Shown here piece after piece: positions 8,601 through 17,375 of a stretch of 64,000 nt of DNA. Below the pieces are notes generated by a model. The model saw only the letters and a program-made list of their open reading frames with translations, was not told where the DNA came from and ran no database searches. The stretch's first letter is position 1. Each line of letters opens with the position of its first letter. A program made the position numbers and the translations under genes. The DNA lies in the IMG/VR virus record IMGVR_UViG_3300027896_000010, positions 1 to 64,000 of that record. One strand, 5' to 3'. This DNA is from a virus.

Positions 8601-10961
8601 ACCCCCGACTTCTTCTCTAGCCTTAAGCCAGTTCTTGAATACCTGCGCGGCTCCCCACTCATCGTAAGATTGATGTCCTTCCCCCTCTGGCAATGGATAC
8701 TCATACCAACACTTGACGTACACTCCATCGTCTAGGGTGACCACATCATTCGAAGAACACGGTTCTACCGAATCTCTGGCCTCACCCTCATCTATGAATG
8801 GCCCTTTCCAGTTTTCTTCTTTGTCCTTGTCTCGCTTTATCGCATAACCATGCTCCCAAGCATCTGCATCCCATTCTTTAGAATTAAAAAATTCATCTAT
8901 ATAAGGCTTGGGCGCACCTACGCCTTCTTTGGCATACCGAATCAAGTCTTGAATGCCTATCTCGTTAGCAAAAAACCGTCTGGCTATTACCAGCGTGTCG
9001 TATATCTGGACTGCATCTTCGTAGTTGTTGGTGAATGATATCAAGTCGCCCTCTCCACCGCCCAGCCCCAATCCTTTTTCTAAGCCAATTTCGTTACGAG
9101 TCTTGAGTCCCTCCTCAAGCACCTTGCTCTTATTGGTTGTCACATGATAGAGAATCCTGCCAGCCAGCTTCCTATGAGCTTGTATTCGAGCCACCATCTT
9201 GACATCATTCCAATCGATACGGTTCGTCCTGCTGTAGAGCCAATCGACTATCTGTTGAAGCTCTTCGTACCTTGGGTCATGTGGAGTCTCCCCAATACCC
9301 GCTTCGTTAGCGGCATCACCAAGCAGATGTTCCAGCATCGGTAGGTCGATGTGCATGGAACTCACAATGTTATCAATATAGATAATCACCCAACTTAGGT
9401 TCTCTTCCTTGAGATACTGGTTCAAGAACGCAAGGTATTCTTCATACTGTGGCAGGGCTTGTTCTGCCCTCTTGGCTCTACGAGCCTCTTCTGCGTTCTC
9501 GCTATCTTTTCTCCACGATACGGAATCTTCCAGCCAACCTATGAATTCACCATACCACTTGCTCAGGTTCCTAGCCAAGTCATAGACGAATACGGTATCG
9601 CCCACATGCCTGTCCAGCCAGTCTGGGTCGAGATGTCCAGCATCCTGCATCTCATAGAATTTCTTGAGACTCTTGATGACACCTTCGGCTGATGCTATCT
9701 TGGCTACTTCTTCTCTCACCCAATTGTAGCGATTAGTCCTTGAATACAACCAGTTGATTATGGGAGCCAATTCATCAAGCAACTCATCTGAGTCTGGCAT
9801 ATCGGGGTCTTGCCACCCAGAAGGATAGACTGCATCCATTAGGAGATGGTCAAACATCGGAATGTCCACATGCATAGAATTTGCAATATTATCAATTGCT
9901 ATGACCATCCAGTTTACTTGGCTACGCCGATAGGCATTCCTTAACAACTCCAAATACTCTTTGTATTTTGAAATGCTATTTATAGCATCGTAAGCAACTC
10001 GTTTATCTTCCTTGATTCCAGCCCACTCTGGGTGTTGAGCCTTTTCCAATACATCTACTCGAAGTCTGCAAGCCGCTATCAATTTCTTGATAAATATCTC
10101 ATACCAATCAGCTAAGCTCTTTGCGAAGTCATAAATAAAAACCGTATCACTTACATGATTATCAAGCCAATCAGAGTCAAGATGCCCATCATCAAGCATC
10201 TCATAGAACTTCTTGAATGAATGTATGATGCCAGCCACAGACGATGCTATCTTCCTCTGGCTCAGAACTGCCCCTGAGAGGCTCTGAGAGCCTTCAGGAC
10301 GCCCGATACCCCCTGAGTACGAGTCAATCCACCTAGAAGCCACCATCCGCTCTGGAGTCCACACTGGCTCCCCATTCCCAGAGCGTTCTTTTATGAAATC
10401 CAACATCTGCCAAAGCTCTTTGGTAGTCGTACAGGATATGTAATCGTGGCGGTTGTAATATTCCCCCAGTTCCTTAGACATCCTTTGGTATACATCGTGC
10501 CAGACATGAACCATGTTCAGGGCATTATCCAGAGCCACAACCGCATTGGAGATATCATTATCAAAGAGCTTGGGTGGGTTCAACAGGTCATTGATATACT
10601 TCTCATAGTCTGGCAGCAGCTTTGGCAGGTCAGGGTTCTTCCAACCCTTATTCCATGTAGTATGCTCAGTAACATCATGTACCACTTGCTGGGCGCAACT
10701 CAGCCAGTCACCGAAGTATCCTTCCTTGAACCAACGATTCAAATCTATCAGGGTCGAATCGAGAAGCTTCTCTGTACCGGGGTACACTTGGAGAAGCCCA
10801 CGCTCTTCCAAATCATAGACACGTTTTATCTTGCGTATCAGGTCAGGCAGAGATACTGCTTCCAAACTAAAACTAGCCAGTTCTCGCTGGCTAGCTTGGG
10901 GGTAAGGCATCTTAACCTTTATAAGAGGTGGCGGCTTCTTCTTCCGCTTACGTTTCTTCAA
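5676..10961 (-). CDS. 1761-aa multidomain polyprotein: three related helical domains, two ART-like domains, HExxH zincin peptidase, separated by QRxIA linkers
   Basis: YHVTT..GL..ISFT and YHGT..GI..IYLTSDFAKASAYA..VVLKL ART-fold motifs; GHECWH..SEMMAD; repeated SQR(E/K/Q/A)(L/I)A motifs. Confidence 0.75.
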   Translation of the reverse strand: MKKRKRKKKPPPLIKVKMPYPQASQRELASFSLEAVSLPDLIRKIKRVYDLEERGLLQVYPGTEKLLDSTLIDLNRWFKEGYFGDWLSCAQQVVHDVTEHTTWNKGWKNPDLPKLLPDYEKYINDLLNPPKLFDNDISNAVVALDNALNMVHVWHDVYQRMSKELGEYYNRHDYISCTTTKELWQMLDFIKERSGNGEPVWTPERMVASRWIDSYSGGIGRPEGSQSLSGAVLSQRKIASSVAGIIHSFKKFYEMLDDGHLDSDWLDNHVSDTVFIYDFAKSLADWYEIFIKKLIAACRLRVDVLEKAQHPEWAGIKEDKRVAYDAINSISKYKEYLELLRNAYRRSQVNWMVIAIDNIANSMHVDIPMFDHLLMDAVYPSGWQDPDMPDSDELLDELAPIINWLYSRTNRYNWVREEVAKIASAEGVIKSLKKFYEMQDAGHLDPDWLDRHVGDTVFVYDLARNLSKWYGEFIGWLEDSVSWRKDSENAEEARRAKRAEQALPQYEEYLAFLNQYLKEENLSWVIIYIDNIVSSMHIDLPMLEHLLGDAANEAGIGETPHDPRYEELQQIVDWLYSRTNRIDWNDVKMVARIQAHRKLAGRILYHVTTNKSKVLEEGLKTRNEIGLEKGLGLGGGEGDLISFTNNYEDAVQIYDTLVIARRFFANEIGIQDLIRYAKEGVGAPKPYIDEFFNSKEWDADAWEHGYAIKRDKDKEENWKGPFIDEGEARDSVEPCSSNDVVTLDDGVYVKCWYEYPLPEGEGHQSYDEWGAAQVFKNWLKAREEVGGVINPVLVHIDVKALGQIPEGEIGILEYSLQDKPDTHIENWENNKDKGMWFYDATLSTWADNLQTFFGVTWQNMMDMDFDPDAIENLMKKQGINPSKMESLKRGYMSGWFDIKDKDDFELTSEGKDALRTMKKRWDEMFLHEIQLPSGEWAEFRRVIAEVPPEPMQEYRTVEELAPEFIGGRPQPPRLQDFEKNTRDYPTISDQRDAYNLKVHEWKKQESAYRRDKLKRLKEEVLKRLPNQIYTAIKNVPFRQGGKTLQRAAWYSPSKNIMYINNYYLSDNVRDLSVPELLSIMGHECWHAFEHNSKEAENFAWQLRTMNADRNLQSYEDYEETVKKHLRPYDKGKYYRGHGYVYYLDKSLREQIENGHLTQKSFSEMMADSLGQLVSGQKGVYPMLENAIFEKFASKSDQVLIGGNYMIGKFTETQDGWICNELEGLPWDRKLLGEPKACATKDEAANALWDLIKDEKPLGGQLPGMGQLWGQRALAVEYWKAPPEKEATITMYHGTWSSFIPDMKSKGIRAVPIDKQIDDVLKEFGLTRADVPADIYKNDIEYRSKYLQGVGQVLDWKIYLTSDFAKASAYAQGGGEVGGLIRYRVRAWLLEQEGEDSHEELWHNKGYRGEIPPAEGHPVVLKLEMPKKWLHDYMEDYDQPGGHTYEHEPVQKEVQKRLDIKRMNPLNFDAETNEALTDEEIVEQERSKGWDFFEFDGYAKGIIPWRFVDEVIDVGGLGFDLGADSYPKAWEMLRNREKAASREDTLASQRQIAYFETDEEAQEQQEQMLSLLQRMKSFDEIAEEMHISKPEVEQLVDWTEHRYRKATSQRAIAEYGVTPSPEEQQKIHEHFDMEQKISDAQQELFNQLKLINQKSDAEHWSMEQYNEATGPIFEQLDELMGQAQHIQPLSWQSYQPEPNYPIEEDSSKVKPNISKEDIRTYEMIEMLRKKQMKPADPGKGPYRAPYQLDQRYMDTQEGRYTV

Positions 10962-11329
10962 ATCCCTAACACCTTTTTTATCTTGTCATGCAAACTGTAA
11001 ATCGCCTTCTTCAACCTCATAGAGTCCATTCTTTGACCCCATGCATTATTCCTAATCTCCCAATCACTTATATCGCCCAATTGCTCAAGCCTGTCCAGCA
11101 AATCCTCATTGACCAGACGATACTTGGATAGCGTCAAGACTCCATTTGCCACGATAGGCAGACAGTCTTTATAATCCTCTGGGATATCCATTCCATTATC
11201 TTCCCAACCCTCTTCAGGAACATTGATGAAATATTCATACATAGCAGGTAATGCCCACTCCAACACTACCTCTTCACTGGGAGTTATCCTAGGTATGACT
11301 TTGCGCTCTGCTATCTTGCGCTGGTTCAT
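10958..11329 (-). CDS. acidic hypothetical protein with MNQRKIA leader
   Basis: starts MNQRKIAE; overlaps flanking genes by 4 nt. Confidence 0.7.
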   Translation of the reverse strand: MNQRKIAERKVIPRITPSEEVVLEWALPAMYEYFINVPEEGWEDNGMDIPEDYKDCLPIVANGVLTLSKYRLVNEDLLDRLEQLGDISDWEIRNNAWGQRMDSMRLKKAIYSLHDKIKKVLGI

Positions 11330-11625
11330 CCTTCTTCCTTTAGCATCTTCTTCCCCTTCTGTTCCATCTCGTCCAGAAGCGTATAGTAATTGGGAAGCTC
11401 ATTCAGATGAGCCAGAGCTATCTTAGCGGTCAGCACAGGGTCGTCATTGGTGATATTGGTGCCGGAGTTAACCCTGCCATGCTCTAGCTCGACATTGATG
11501 CCCATATAGAACTCGTTGGCATCGTACTCGTCGGTCAAGCCCATGCCCTCCAGAACATCTGAGGCTTCTTCTTCGGAGAAGTCTTCCTTAGGCTCTTTAT
11601 CTTCTGCTATCTTGCGCTGATTCAT
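11326..11625 (-). CDS. DUF5661-like protein with MNQRKIA leader
   Basis: GINVELEHG..KIALAHLNELPNYYTLL motif; start moved to the ATG at 11625 (MNQRKIAE). Confidence 0.7.
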   Translation of the reverse strand: MNQRKIAEDKEPKEDFSEEEASDVLEGMGLTDEYDANEFYMGINVELEHGRVNSGTNITNDDPVLTAKIALAHLNELPNYYTLLDEMEQKGKKMLKEEG

Positions 11626-12079
11626 CTTTATACACTCCCACATCATGATAGCGCCAATCCCGTTCTGCCGCCCCACACTTAATATGAACAATATCTATCT
11701 CGACTTCATTTTGGCTAGCCAATGCTTCAACCTCTTTAAACAAATCAAACTCTTCATCAGGCGTTAATTGGTCAAATGGGTTTAATGTCGCAGTCAATGT
11801 CCTTAAGAGATAGCCAGCATCATGCGAAGAATCTATAACCCCCGGCATAATCAACCCTGTATTTTTCAAATCGATATAGAGCGCGTTCTGTTGTTCAGTT
11901 GTCACAGAACTACGATTTCGGCCCTTGGAATTATTCACACACACAAACTCTACCTGAATAAATTGCTCAGGACATTTCTCCCAACCACTATCAGACTCAA
12001 CTGCATATTTATCATCAATATATTGAAGTAAATCAGGAGCAATATGTTTTGTGTATCTCGCTATCCTGCGCTGGTTCAT
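11597..12079 (-). CDS. hypothetical protein with MNQRRIA leader
   Basis: starts MNQRRIAR. Confidence 0.65.
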   Translation of the reverse strand: MNQRRIARYTKHIAPDLLQYIDDKYAVESDSGWEKCPEQFIQVEFVCVNNSKGRNRSSVTTEQQNALYIDLKNTGLIMPGVIDSSHDAGYLLRTLTATLNPFDQLTPDEEFDLFKEVEALASQNEVEIDIVHIKCGAAERDWRYHDVGVYKDESAQDSRR

Positions 12080-12168
12080 TACTCGTTTCTCCCCGCGATA
12101 AACCCTGCGACAAATCCCACCAAGAACGCACTAACCACTACTAGGAATACGGTAATAGGTGTTGCCAC
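12079..12168 (-). CDS. 29-aa single-pass membrane peptide (below ORF-track cutoff)
   Basis: GTG start, MATPITVFLVVVSAFLVGFVAGFIAGRNE; fills the gap, stop overlaps the next ATG. Confidence 0.5.
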   Translation of the reverse strand: MATPITVFLVVVSAFLVGFVAGFIAGRNE

Positions 12169-12737
12169 TAAAACTCCCTCCATGCCTCATAAAGCTTATC
12201 TACGTCCTGACCAGTAATCAGTTTCAAATGCTCCCGTATCTTCTCTATCTCCCAGTCCCACCACTTCATTTTCAAGAGCTTCTCGACCTGCTCATCATCA
12301 AACCGTCTGCGAATCTCTTCGATAGCATTACCCCTTACTATAGCATACGGCCTTACCTTGCCAGCCACCACACAACAGGCTCCTACTATGGCTCCATCGC
12401 CTACGTTAGCACCAGCTAGCAAAGTTGCCTTGTCGCCTATCCAAACATCATTCCCGATAGTCACATTTTTAAGAGATGGCATAGGACTTCGCTCATGCTG
12501 GAATGCTTCTATCTCGGGCCAGTCCTCGTTATCAGCAAATGGGTAAGTCGTTATGTCGGTCTGGCGATGGTCAGCCAGAAGAGCAATAGTGACCCCACTT
12601 GCTATAGAACAGAACTTGCCAATCGTCAGTTTGCCACATCTCGGCGAACGATAGACCTGTGGCAATCCATACGTCCACTCGCCAATGTCTGCGTCTTCGA
12701 ATCCATCATAGTCTCTGGTCTGCATCACCCTAGCCAC
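12168..12737 (-). CDS. CatB/Vat-like hexapeptide-repeat O-acetyltransferase
   Basis: LTIGKFCSIA, DITTYPF, VTIGNDVWIG, IGDGA-like repeats, RRRF..LLKMKWWDW. Confidence 0.9.
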   Translation of the reverse strand: MARVMQTRDYDGFEDADIGEWTYGLPQVYRSPRCGKLTIGKFCSIASGVTIALLADHRQTDITTYPFADNEDWPEIEAFQHERSPMPSLKNVTIGNDVWIGDKATLLAGANVGDGAIVGACCVVAGKVRPYAIVRGNAIEEIRRRFDDEQVEKLLKMKWWDWEIEKIREHLKLITGQDVDKLYEAWREF

Positions 12738-13467
12738 CGAACATCAAGGGGTTCCAAGTGACGCCCCATTTCTCCTCAAATCGTTTCTTGTTAGCCGACC
12801 ATAACTTCCAGCGGGTTTGTACCTTAAGCTTCTCAAGAGTTTTACTCTCATAATGATAAACAAAGCCCCTGTACGTAATCAGGGGTGGGTGTTCTGCTTG
12901 TATTAGTTTCATAATGTAATCATTGTCTTCAAACCAGTATGGGGCATACCCCTCGTCGAAGCCCCCTAGCTCTTCATAGCATTTTCTGGAAATAACAAAA
13001 CAACAACCGAACAACCTGCCAGAAACAACCATATCGTTGGTCATCATCGCCTGTCGCTCTTCCACAAACTGATACCAACTCTTGTCTGGGTCGAACAGAT
13101 GCTTGCCCACGAACATAACTGGGCTAACCGCCCAAGCACCCTCGTGCTCCATCGCAGAGATTACGCCTTCCAAACAATCCTTCGACATCAATACATCATT
13201 GTTGGTGATGCATATGTAATCGGCAGTGGTCTTGGCTAATGCCTTATTGATTGAAAGCAGATAGCCTATGTTCTCCTCGTTACGTTCCACCACAAACCTA
13301 TCATCAGCCTCAGCGTTCTTAGTCAGGAATTCCCATGTCTTATCTTTCGAGCAATCATCTATAATGAAATATCTATGCTCTATCTTCGTATATCTCTCGG
13401 CACAATCAATGAACTGTTCCGTATAAGGCAACTGCCCATAGACCGCCATGCATATATCGATGTTCAC
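12730..13467 (-). CDS. family 2 glycosyltransferase
   Basis: IIDDCSKD, ENIGY, NNDVL, GGFDEGY..WFEDNDY motifs. Confidence 0.88.
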   Translation of the reverse strand: MNIDICMAVYGQLPYTEQFIDCAERYTKIEHRYFIIDDCSKDKTWEFLTKNAEADDRFVVERNEENIGYLLSINKALAKTTADYICITNNDVLMSKDCLEGVISAMEHEGAWAVSPVMFVGKHLFDPDKSWYQFVEERQAMMTNDMVVSGRLFGCCFVISRKCYEELGGFDEGYAPYWFEDNDYIMKLIQAEHPPLITYRGFVYHYESKTLEKLKVQTRWKLWSANKKRFEEKWGVTWNPLMFGG

Positions 13468-13476
13468 TAGATGTCC

Positions 13477-13725
13477 TTATTCAATAATAGGAGTTTCCAC
13501 GTTCGTCACAGCCGTCAACCAAGTATCGTCATCGGCTTTATTCTTATACTGTATCACAGCAAACCTGAGAAAATGCTCTATGAACCCCTTGGATTTACCG
13601 CCGGGGAACGTTAGCGTCTTCGTGGCAACCTTAGTGCCATCCTGAATGATATCAAAAGTGACTTTGGCTCCAGTTATCTCGTTGGTATAACTGGTAATAG
13701 TATACCCCCATAAAGTAGCCATCAT
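13477..13725 (-). CDS. hypothetical protein
   Basis: 82-aa ORF with SD. Confidence 0.55.
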   Translation of the reverse strand: MMATLWGYTITSYTNEITGAKVTFDIIQDGTKVATKTLTFPGGKSKGFIEHFLRFAVIQYKNKADDDTWLTAVTNVETPIIE

Positions 13726-13731
13726 CTCTCC

Positions 13732-14370
13732 TTATAGTAACGAGAAATCAACCGAATCCATATTCGGAATCGTAACAAACTTCTTGTAATAATATATGCG
13801 AGGATTAGTCGCGTCCTCTCTCCATGAGAATATAAACTGATACTGATTCCATGAAGGCACCAATAGCTCATTGGGAACCAAGGCTATCTCCCAATAACCA
13901 GTGCTAGTATCAACATACGCTATCCTCGGATGCGCCATGACCTCTTGCCCTGTAACGGTATGCACCGTAGTCGCTGACCATATCTTCACCTGTAATGTAG
14001 GATTATAGGTTATTTCCTGAGTGATGTCTCGTATGAACCCATATACAACGCAAACACTAGCGGCTGGCAATGCTGGGTGTGTGAATGGTATACCATGCCC
14101 GACAAACACCTGCCCAGTATCAGTAGATATAAATGCCTCTTCAAGGTCGAAATAATAGTCATCGGCATTTCTTACCAAGACATATTCATTCTTGGAGGGA
14201 ACTATAAGTTCTGTATAACCCTCGACATTTGTATAGCCTGAATCCATCAGGTTACTGAAGTCAGTATCATTCCGATAAAATATCTGTACCTCTACATCTT
14301 CCAATGCATTAGGCGTACTACCAGTATCAAAACAATATGCCTTAACCGTAACTTCTTTTTGGATACTCAC
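13732..14370 (-). CDS. putative virion protein with two Ig/prealbumin-like beta-sandwich domains
   Basis: T..EGY.EL.V and VD.STGYWEIAL patterns typical of carboxypeptidase-regulatory-like folds. Confidence 0.5.
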   Translation of the reverse strand: MSIQKEVTVKAYCFDTGSTPNALEDVEVQIFYRNDTDFSNLMDSGYTNVEGYTELIVPSKNEYVLVRNADDYYFDLEEAFISTDTGQVFVGHGIPFTHPALPAASVCVVYGFIRDITQEITYNPTLQVKIWSATTVHTVTGQEVMAHPRIAYVDTSTGYWEIALVPNELLVPSWNQYQFIFSWREDATNPRIYYYKKFVTIPNMDSVDFSLL

Positions 14371-14547
14371 TTACTCCTCCTGAGAATGCTTTATCTGGTC
14401 AGTCAAGTCATCTAAGTCTTTTTGCGTTTTCGCTACCTGCTTATCCAATTTCTTATGTGGCTTGCCATCCCTGTTTATCTCTTTCGATAATTGCTCCAGC
14501 CCGACATCAGTCTTCAACAACAACTCCTTGATATAACGATTCCACAC
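14371..14547 (-). CDS. small hypothetical protein
   Basis: GGAGG-N8-GTG start at 14547 avoids the 88-nt overlap of the ORF-track call. Confidence 0.4.
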   Translation of the reverse strand: MWNRYIKELLLKTDVGLEQLSKEINRDGKPHKKLDKQVAKTQKDLDDLTDQIKHSQEE

Positions 14548-14561
14548 ATTTGACACCTCCG

Positions 14562-14942
14562 CTAAAACATACGAATTTTGTTGCGGCAAATAGTATCGTA
14601 GAAGACCGAAATGAATATCCTCAGATAATCTTCTTGGTCCATAGGCCAAGCGTCAAAGCCCATGACAATGATGTGGGCAATCTCATGGATAAGAGTCTCA
14701 ATCTTCTCGGAATAAGGAGCGTCTGCATTGATGTATATGGTATGTTTCTCGTCATCAACTCGCCCATAGCATCCCTCTACTGATATCGCAAGACTGCTCA
14801 GTTCCTCTATGTCCATCAGGGGTTCTATCTTGTCACGGTCTATGACTATAATTTCAAGTTCTTTATGCCCCTCTGGGACTTCTTTGACTTTCCATTTGTG
14901 AGATAAAATTATGATTTCGGTGTAAGGCAGTGCCTTGGACAT
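14562..14942 (-). CDS. small HExxH zinc metallopeptidase-like protein
   Basis: CYG....IYI....ETLIHEIAHII motif. Confidence 0.7.
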   Translation of the reverse strand: MSKALPYTEIIILSHKWKVKEVPEGHKELEIIVIDRDKIEPLMDIEELSSLAISVEGCYGRVDDEKHTIYINADAPYSEKIETLIHEIAHIIVMGFDAWPMDQEDYLRIFISVFYDTICRNKIRMF

Positions 14943-15239
14943 TTAATAATCTCCTTCAGCTATCATCCTTTGAGTTATCTTCTTCCCCTCGATAGCTTTA
15001 ACATAATACAAGCCAAACGAGCTTGTTGAGTGATACCAAGCCTCTGCCTCATAGCCTATCTGGACATCTTGGGGAACCCCAGCCGCCCAAGCTTCGCCCT
15101 TGCGAGTTTGGAATCTGCCTTGAGTTACTCCCGGCCCCTCCCACACATATTCATGTTTTTCGATATCAACAAGCGTCACAATACCCATGAACCGATTGTC
15201 ATAAGCTGAGCGCCTTAGCCCTTCTTCATGCTCTCGCAC
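14943..15239 (-). CDS. hypothetical protein with C-terminal TQRMIAE motif
   Basis: 98-aa ORF. Confidence 0.5.
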   Translation of the reverse strand: MREHEEGLRRSAYDNRFMGIVTLVDIEKHEYVWEGPGVTQGRFQTRKGEAWAAGVPQDVQIGYEAEAWYHSTSSFGLYYVKAIEGKKITQRMIAEGDY

Positions 15240-15266
15240 CTGACCGATACGAACCCGCTTTTTCAG

Positions 15267-15419
15267 TCAGCCATAGCAATCATCATAAGAACTAGAGTGC
15301 TTGATAGCACGATATGCGGCATAAGCACGTTCAGCCGATGCACGACTGTGATACATACATTTTCCTTTTCCAATTCGCCATTTCTTTGTACCGCCATCCA
15401 TACACGGCCTAACAGGCAT
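15267..15419 (-). CDS. 50-aa basic Cys-containing protein (below ORF-track cutoff)
   Basis: MPVRPCMDGGTKKWRIGKGKCMYHSRASAERAYAAYRAIKHSSSYDDCYG fills the gap. Confidence 0.55.
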   Translation of the reverse strand: MPVRPCMDGGTKKWRIGKGKCMYHSRASAERAYAAYRAIKHSSSYDDCYG

Positions 15420-15425
15420 CAATCA

Positions 15426-16775
15426 TCACCCCACATACATCGTGACTTCATACCTTGAGCCACCATCTCTAGTTTCTTGCGTGTACCACTGGAAGAACAA
15501 TGAGCTATTCTTGGCCACTGGCACTTGAATCGTGGCGGCATCTCCTGTATAGATTCCATCTAGACCGTAAGGGTTGCCACCTTCCTCTTCTATAATCTTC
15601 CAGACATCACCTATCGGAAGCTCTTGGAAGTAAGTGCCAAGACCTCTGAGCCTCTTATTAATATTCTTGCGTATTTTTCCGTTGAACACAGGGGCGAAGC
15701 CACCTTCTTCAATTGAGAGCTTGTTGCGAAACTCTTCTGGTGCGCTTTCATAAGCAATAGGGTCTTGCTCGATAACCTCATACCCACCGAACAACGGTTG
15801 CGCTTTCAGTTTAGGCTTAGTCATGCTCTTGTATTTTCTGAGAGCTTCGTCCTGTGTAAAGTTTGTTTTCTGGTCAAGCTCTTTTCGCCTGAGTTCATTG
15901 GTGCGCCTATAATGCTCCATGGGAGATAGCTTCTTACGCCTGATGAACCACGCTTTCTTTGTAAACACGCCATTGGCATATTTGCTATTAACCTCTAGTC
16001 CGGGCAAGGGACTCTGCCAACCTATCTCTTCCCATGGAAATGGCTTGCCCATGAGCTTGTCTACAACAAGTCCTATCTTCAAATCAGCCTTCGGGTTTTC
16101 CATTTTATAGAGGTCTTCTCCGTAATTCTCACAACCCTTCTCAAGCCCATCCAGAATCATATCTTCCATGTGTGGTGTAATATGACCATCCATGAATGCT
16201 TCAGAATCTGCAGGAACCAGATGCTCAACAACATAGTTATAAGCATAGACAGGAATCTCTGTCTCTTCTTGGGTCATAGCCGCCTTCGGCATATCCTCGA
16301 TACTCTCTGGAACTGGCAAGGCCACCACATTCTCCTGAGGACTCATATAGCTCCATTCCTCAGAGCCACAGCGGGGGCAAGCCCATATGGAACTCATGCT
16401 TGGAGTAGAGTTGGCAGGGTTGATATCAACCAGTTCACTTTCACCACCACTCCAGCCGCATTCAGCACAAGTTGCCATGTCGGTAAGGTTTAAATCCCTA
16501 GCAAATATCTGCCTATAAGATTCCTTAGAAGGCATAGTGTTCTTATTTATTTCATCCATGACTCTTGCCTCTACCTCCTTACGTTCTTCGTCTGATACTG
16601 TCATCCCAAGATTGTGACTAGCAGACCCGATGGCCTTATCAACTATTGCTATAATATTAGATTGAGAATTATCCGTTCTCATACCCTTGATAGTCTCTCC
16701 AAGCCAGCCACCAGCATCAGCAGACTTCATTATCAATTTATATGTTTGCCTTACCAGCGTATCCAAATCTGCCAT
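15426..16775 (-). CDS. multidomain hypothetical protein with zinc ribbon
   Basis: CAECGW..CPRCGS; domains appear separated by IFAR, KAAM and KKAWF junctions. Confidence 0.65.
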   Translation of the reverse strand: MADLDTLVRQTYKLIMKSADAGGWLGETIKGMRTDNSQSNIIAIVDKAIGSASHNLGMTVSDEERKEVEARVMDEINKNTMPSKESYRQIFARDLNLTDMATCAECGWSGGESELVDINPANSTPSMSSIWACPRCGSEEWSYMSPQENVVALPVPESIEDMPKAAMTQEETEIPVYAYNYVVEHLVPADSEAFMDGHITPHMEDMILDGLEKGCENYGEDLYKMENPKADLKIGLVVDKLMGKPFPWEEIGWQSPLPGLEVNSKYANGVFTKKAWFIRRKKLSPMEHYRRTNELRRKELDQKTNFTQDEALRKYKSMTKPKLKAQPLFGGYEVIEQDPIAYESAPEEFRNKLSIEEGGFAPVFNGKIRKNINKRLRGLGTYFQELPIGDVWKIIEEEGGNPYGLDGIYTGDAATIQVPVAKNSSLFFQWYTQETRDGGSRYEVTMYVG

Positions 16776-16804
16776 GTATTCTCCCGATATTGTTGCAATA
16801 AATA

Positions 16805-17375
16805 AGGTCGCCCAGCTTATGCCAAGCGACCTGTAATATTCAAGCTGGTGGTGTATACTGACGCCTAGCTTGAGCCAGACGCCCCACCAGCCCCCGGACT
16901 AAATGGGCTTTCACCCAGTTCTTCCTAGCTAGCCCCCGCAATCTAGAGGAGGGGCTAGCTTACCAAAGGAGGTCTAAAGATGGAGAGCCATGTCGGAACT
17001 CTTATCCATCTACCGCCGATATTAAGGACTCAGCGGCTACGTCCTATGCCTACTTGGGTTCTGTCGCCCCTTCTCGAAAACAACAGAACCCTTTTTGCGT
17101 GGCCTTCCTCGCCTCACAAGTGCCATCTGCATACCTGCCTCAAGGTCTCAGTAGACCGTTGCTTCCTGAGGCTCTGCCTTGTGAGCAGAGCCTTTGATAT
17201 AGGCCGTGGGGACCTTTATCGAAATTAGCATACTACATCTTCCCACTCTATGCAAGCTTTTGAGGTCGGAACGCCCCAGCAACCTCCTACCGCCAAAGCT
17301 GGGAACACTGTCTTGCATCATTAATGACACCCGCGAAGTATCCCTCGTGGGCGTTGCCACTCAGACAGGCCCGAC
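16805..17375 (-). ncRNA. candidate large structured non-coding RNA (unassigned class)
   Basis: no convincing gene in a gene-dense genome; at least 8 hairpins with G-U pairs only on the minus strand; ends in a 12-bp hairpin plus U-rich tail. Confidence 0.6.

Noticed and set aside
12168-12737. Antibiotic resistance gene (vat/catB)
   Set aside because: The hexapeptide fold is shared with sugar O-acetyltransferases, and overlap with a GT2 gene favours glycan acetylation.
16844-16891. tRNA or tmRNA end (plus-strand CCCCACCA)
   Set aside because: No cloverleaf or T-loop; CCACCAGC pairs locally with GCTGGTGG.
17040-17100. RNase P RNA (GAGGAAGGCC and ACAGAACCC resemble P4 elements)
   Set aside because: The two motifs are only ~50 nt apart and ACAGAACCC is used in a local hairpin; RNase P needs about 250 nt or more between them.
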